Shown piece by piece: positions 62,772 to 64,000 of a DNA stretch of 64,000 nucleotides. Every line of letters starts with the position of its first letter. Within the stretch, counting starts at the first letter, position 1. The notes beneath the pieces are model-generated. The model was not told where the DNA came from, ran no database searches, and worked only from the letters and a program-made list of their open reading frames with translations. Source of the stretch: Antedon mediterranea (lineage: Eukaryota; Animalia; Echinodermata). The stretch covers positions 32,414,388 through 32,478,387 of the forward strand of contig NC_092670.1 of the NCBI RefSeq assembly GCF_964355755.1, given 5' to 3'. The translations under genes and the position numbers were made by a program.

Positions 62772-63630
62772 ATGGAGGAAGATTCTGAACAGCAAATACC
62801 AAGTTCTCCTACCTACGAGAAACCAACAAATAATGGTGAGTCATCGTTAATTCCAGGTAAGGGTAATTAGTCAAATTTATTCACATTCATCATGCATACT
62901 GTACCTATTACAATGTGGTTTTCATCTAATATTCAATAAAGGATGATTTCTATGTAGTTGACATTTATTACCCCTATTTTTAAATTTTTTTTTAACAATT
63001 TAGTTGTTTCTGGTTACAAAAACTAAATAATACCTATTGCAGCATTGTCCATTTCCCAACTGTTTCGGTCCATTATGGTTTTAGCTGAGTTTTAAAATGC
63101 CTTAAAAAATTCACATTTCTTGGTGAAGAATGCAATAATTATGATAAGAGGAAGAGGACTTGCAGTGAATTTGAATTTTCATTTTTTAGATATTTTTTTA
63201 TTTTCATTTATTTGAAAAGGTTAAATTATTTGAAATATCTTCTCAGTTCACAAATCCATATGTTTACCCAGAATTGTTTGTATTGTCATAAGTAGGGTGA
63301 TGTAGTTGATTTTTCTTCTTATCTTTGTGCTAATACAGACCTAGAAAACTCAACTAACAGTGCTAAAAAACTTATCTTTCAATATTAAATGTCTTGGTCT
63401 TTTGCTAAATCATAGAAAAAAATTCTAGTAATGTTTTTGCTGAATTAATTACAGCATTTACTACCTACTTGCAATGATTTTCCTTGTTTAAATGCTTTTT
63501 TATGGTACATTTTATTTTTACAGAAGAAGGCCAACAACCAGTTTACGGAGCACTTCCAGAGAATAACCCAAAGACTAGTACGTCTCAGACATACTTTGAG
63601 GAACAGGTACCTATTCCAGAACAAGAAAAT
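62772..63630 (+). CDS. 5' coding exons of a probable NRAMP/SLC11 (DMT1/Malvolio-like) divalent metal transporter; continues beyond the window
   Basis: Exons 62772-62856 (alternative in-phase donor after 62835) and 63524-63630 give MEEDSEQQ...VYGALP..TSQTYFEEQVPIPEQEN|. This resembles NRAMP2 TYFNEKISIPEEE just before FSFRKLWAF. Only the short N-terminus is visible. Confidence 0.6.
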
Positions 63631-63844
63631 GTAAGTATTGCAATGAACATGTTATAGGGCTCTTATGATGTATTTCATTCTGTAGGTGGCAGGCTCTCCA
63701 ATGTAGAGTGTGTATTGAAATAAAAATAAATAAAATTAAATAAAAGTATATTGCATTGCCAGTGCATACAAATTTATAGCGCCTTCATCATGGCTTTAAA
63801 ATATAAGTACATTGCATTGCCAGTTATATAGAAAAAAATATATA

Positions 63845-64000
63845 TTTTTTTTTTTTTTTTTTTTATTCAATCGAAACCAACAGCGATAATTACCGCCACT
63901 AACAGGTTTGATACAAACAAAGCCAGGACTGTTAAGCACCTTGATTGGTCCTGACATTGATCAAGGGCTTCTCTCGTCCAGTGCCCACCTTGACCAGAGG
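63845..64000 (-). mobile_element. 3' end of a SINE of the same family as 45678-45915, with poly(A) tail
   Basis: Reverse complement reads cctctggtcaagg..gacgagagaagc..gatcaat..aggaccaatc..aacagtcctggcttt..gaataaaaaaaa. Confidence 0.7.

Overview
AT-rich, intron-containing animal genomic DNA. The TAGGCCTA-rich introns and Deu/Meta-type SINEs suggest a marine invertebrate deuterostome, possibly an echinoderm (inference). All gene models were built by hand from splice sites and codon phase. In order: (1) the 3' end of a legumain/C13-like gene whose catalytic His and Cys appear replaced; (2) two tandem SDR9C-type retinol/steroid dehydrogenases on the minus strand, sharing a GC-AG intron, one with its stop codon supplied by a MITE; (3) a 20-exon family-B-like GPCR (signal peptide, C-type lectin, mucin stalk, HRM, 7TM, long repeat-containing tail) with no GAIN/GPS domain, carrying three tRNA-Gly(TCC) genes in its last intron; (4) a decayed LINE; (5) two tandem mannose-6-phosphate-receptor/ATG27-like genes, one with a 21x7-aa acidic insert and an apparently truncated sorting tail; (6) a YAE1 homolog head-to-head with the 5' end of a probable NRAMP/SLC11 transporter. 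The window also holds many non-autonomous DNA transposons, tRNA- and 5S-derived SINEs, minisatellites and a near-perfect 968-bp tandem duplication.
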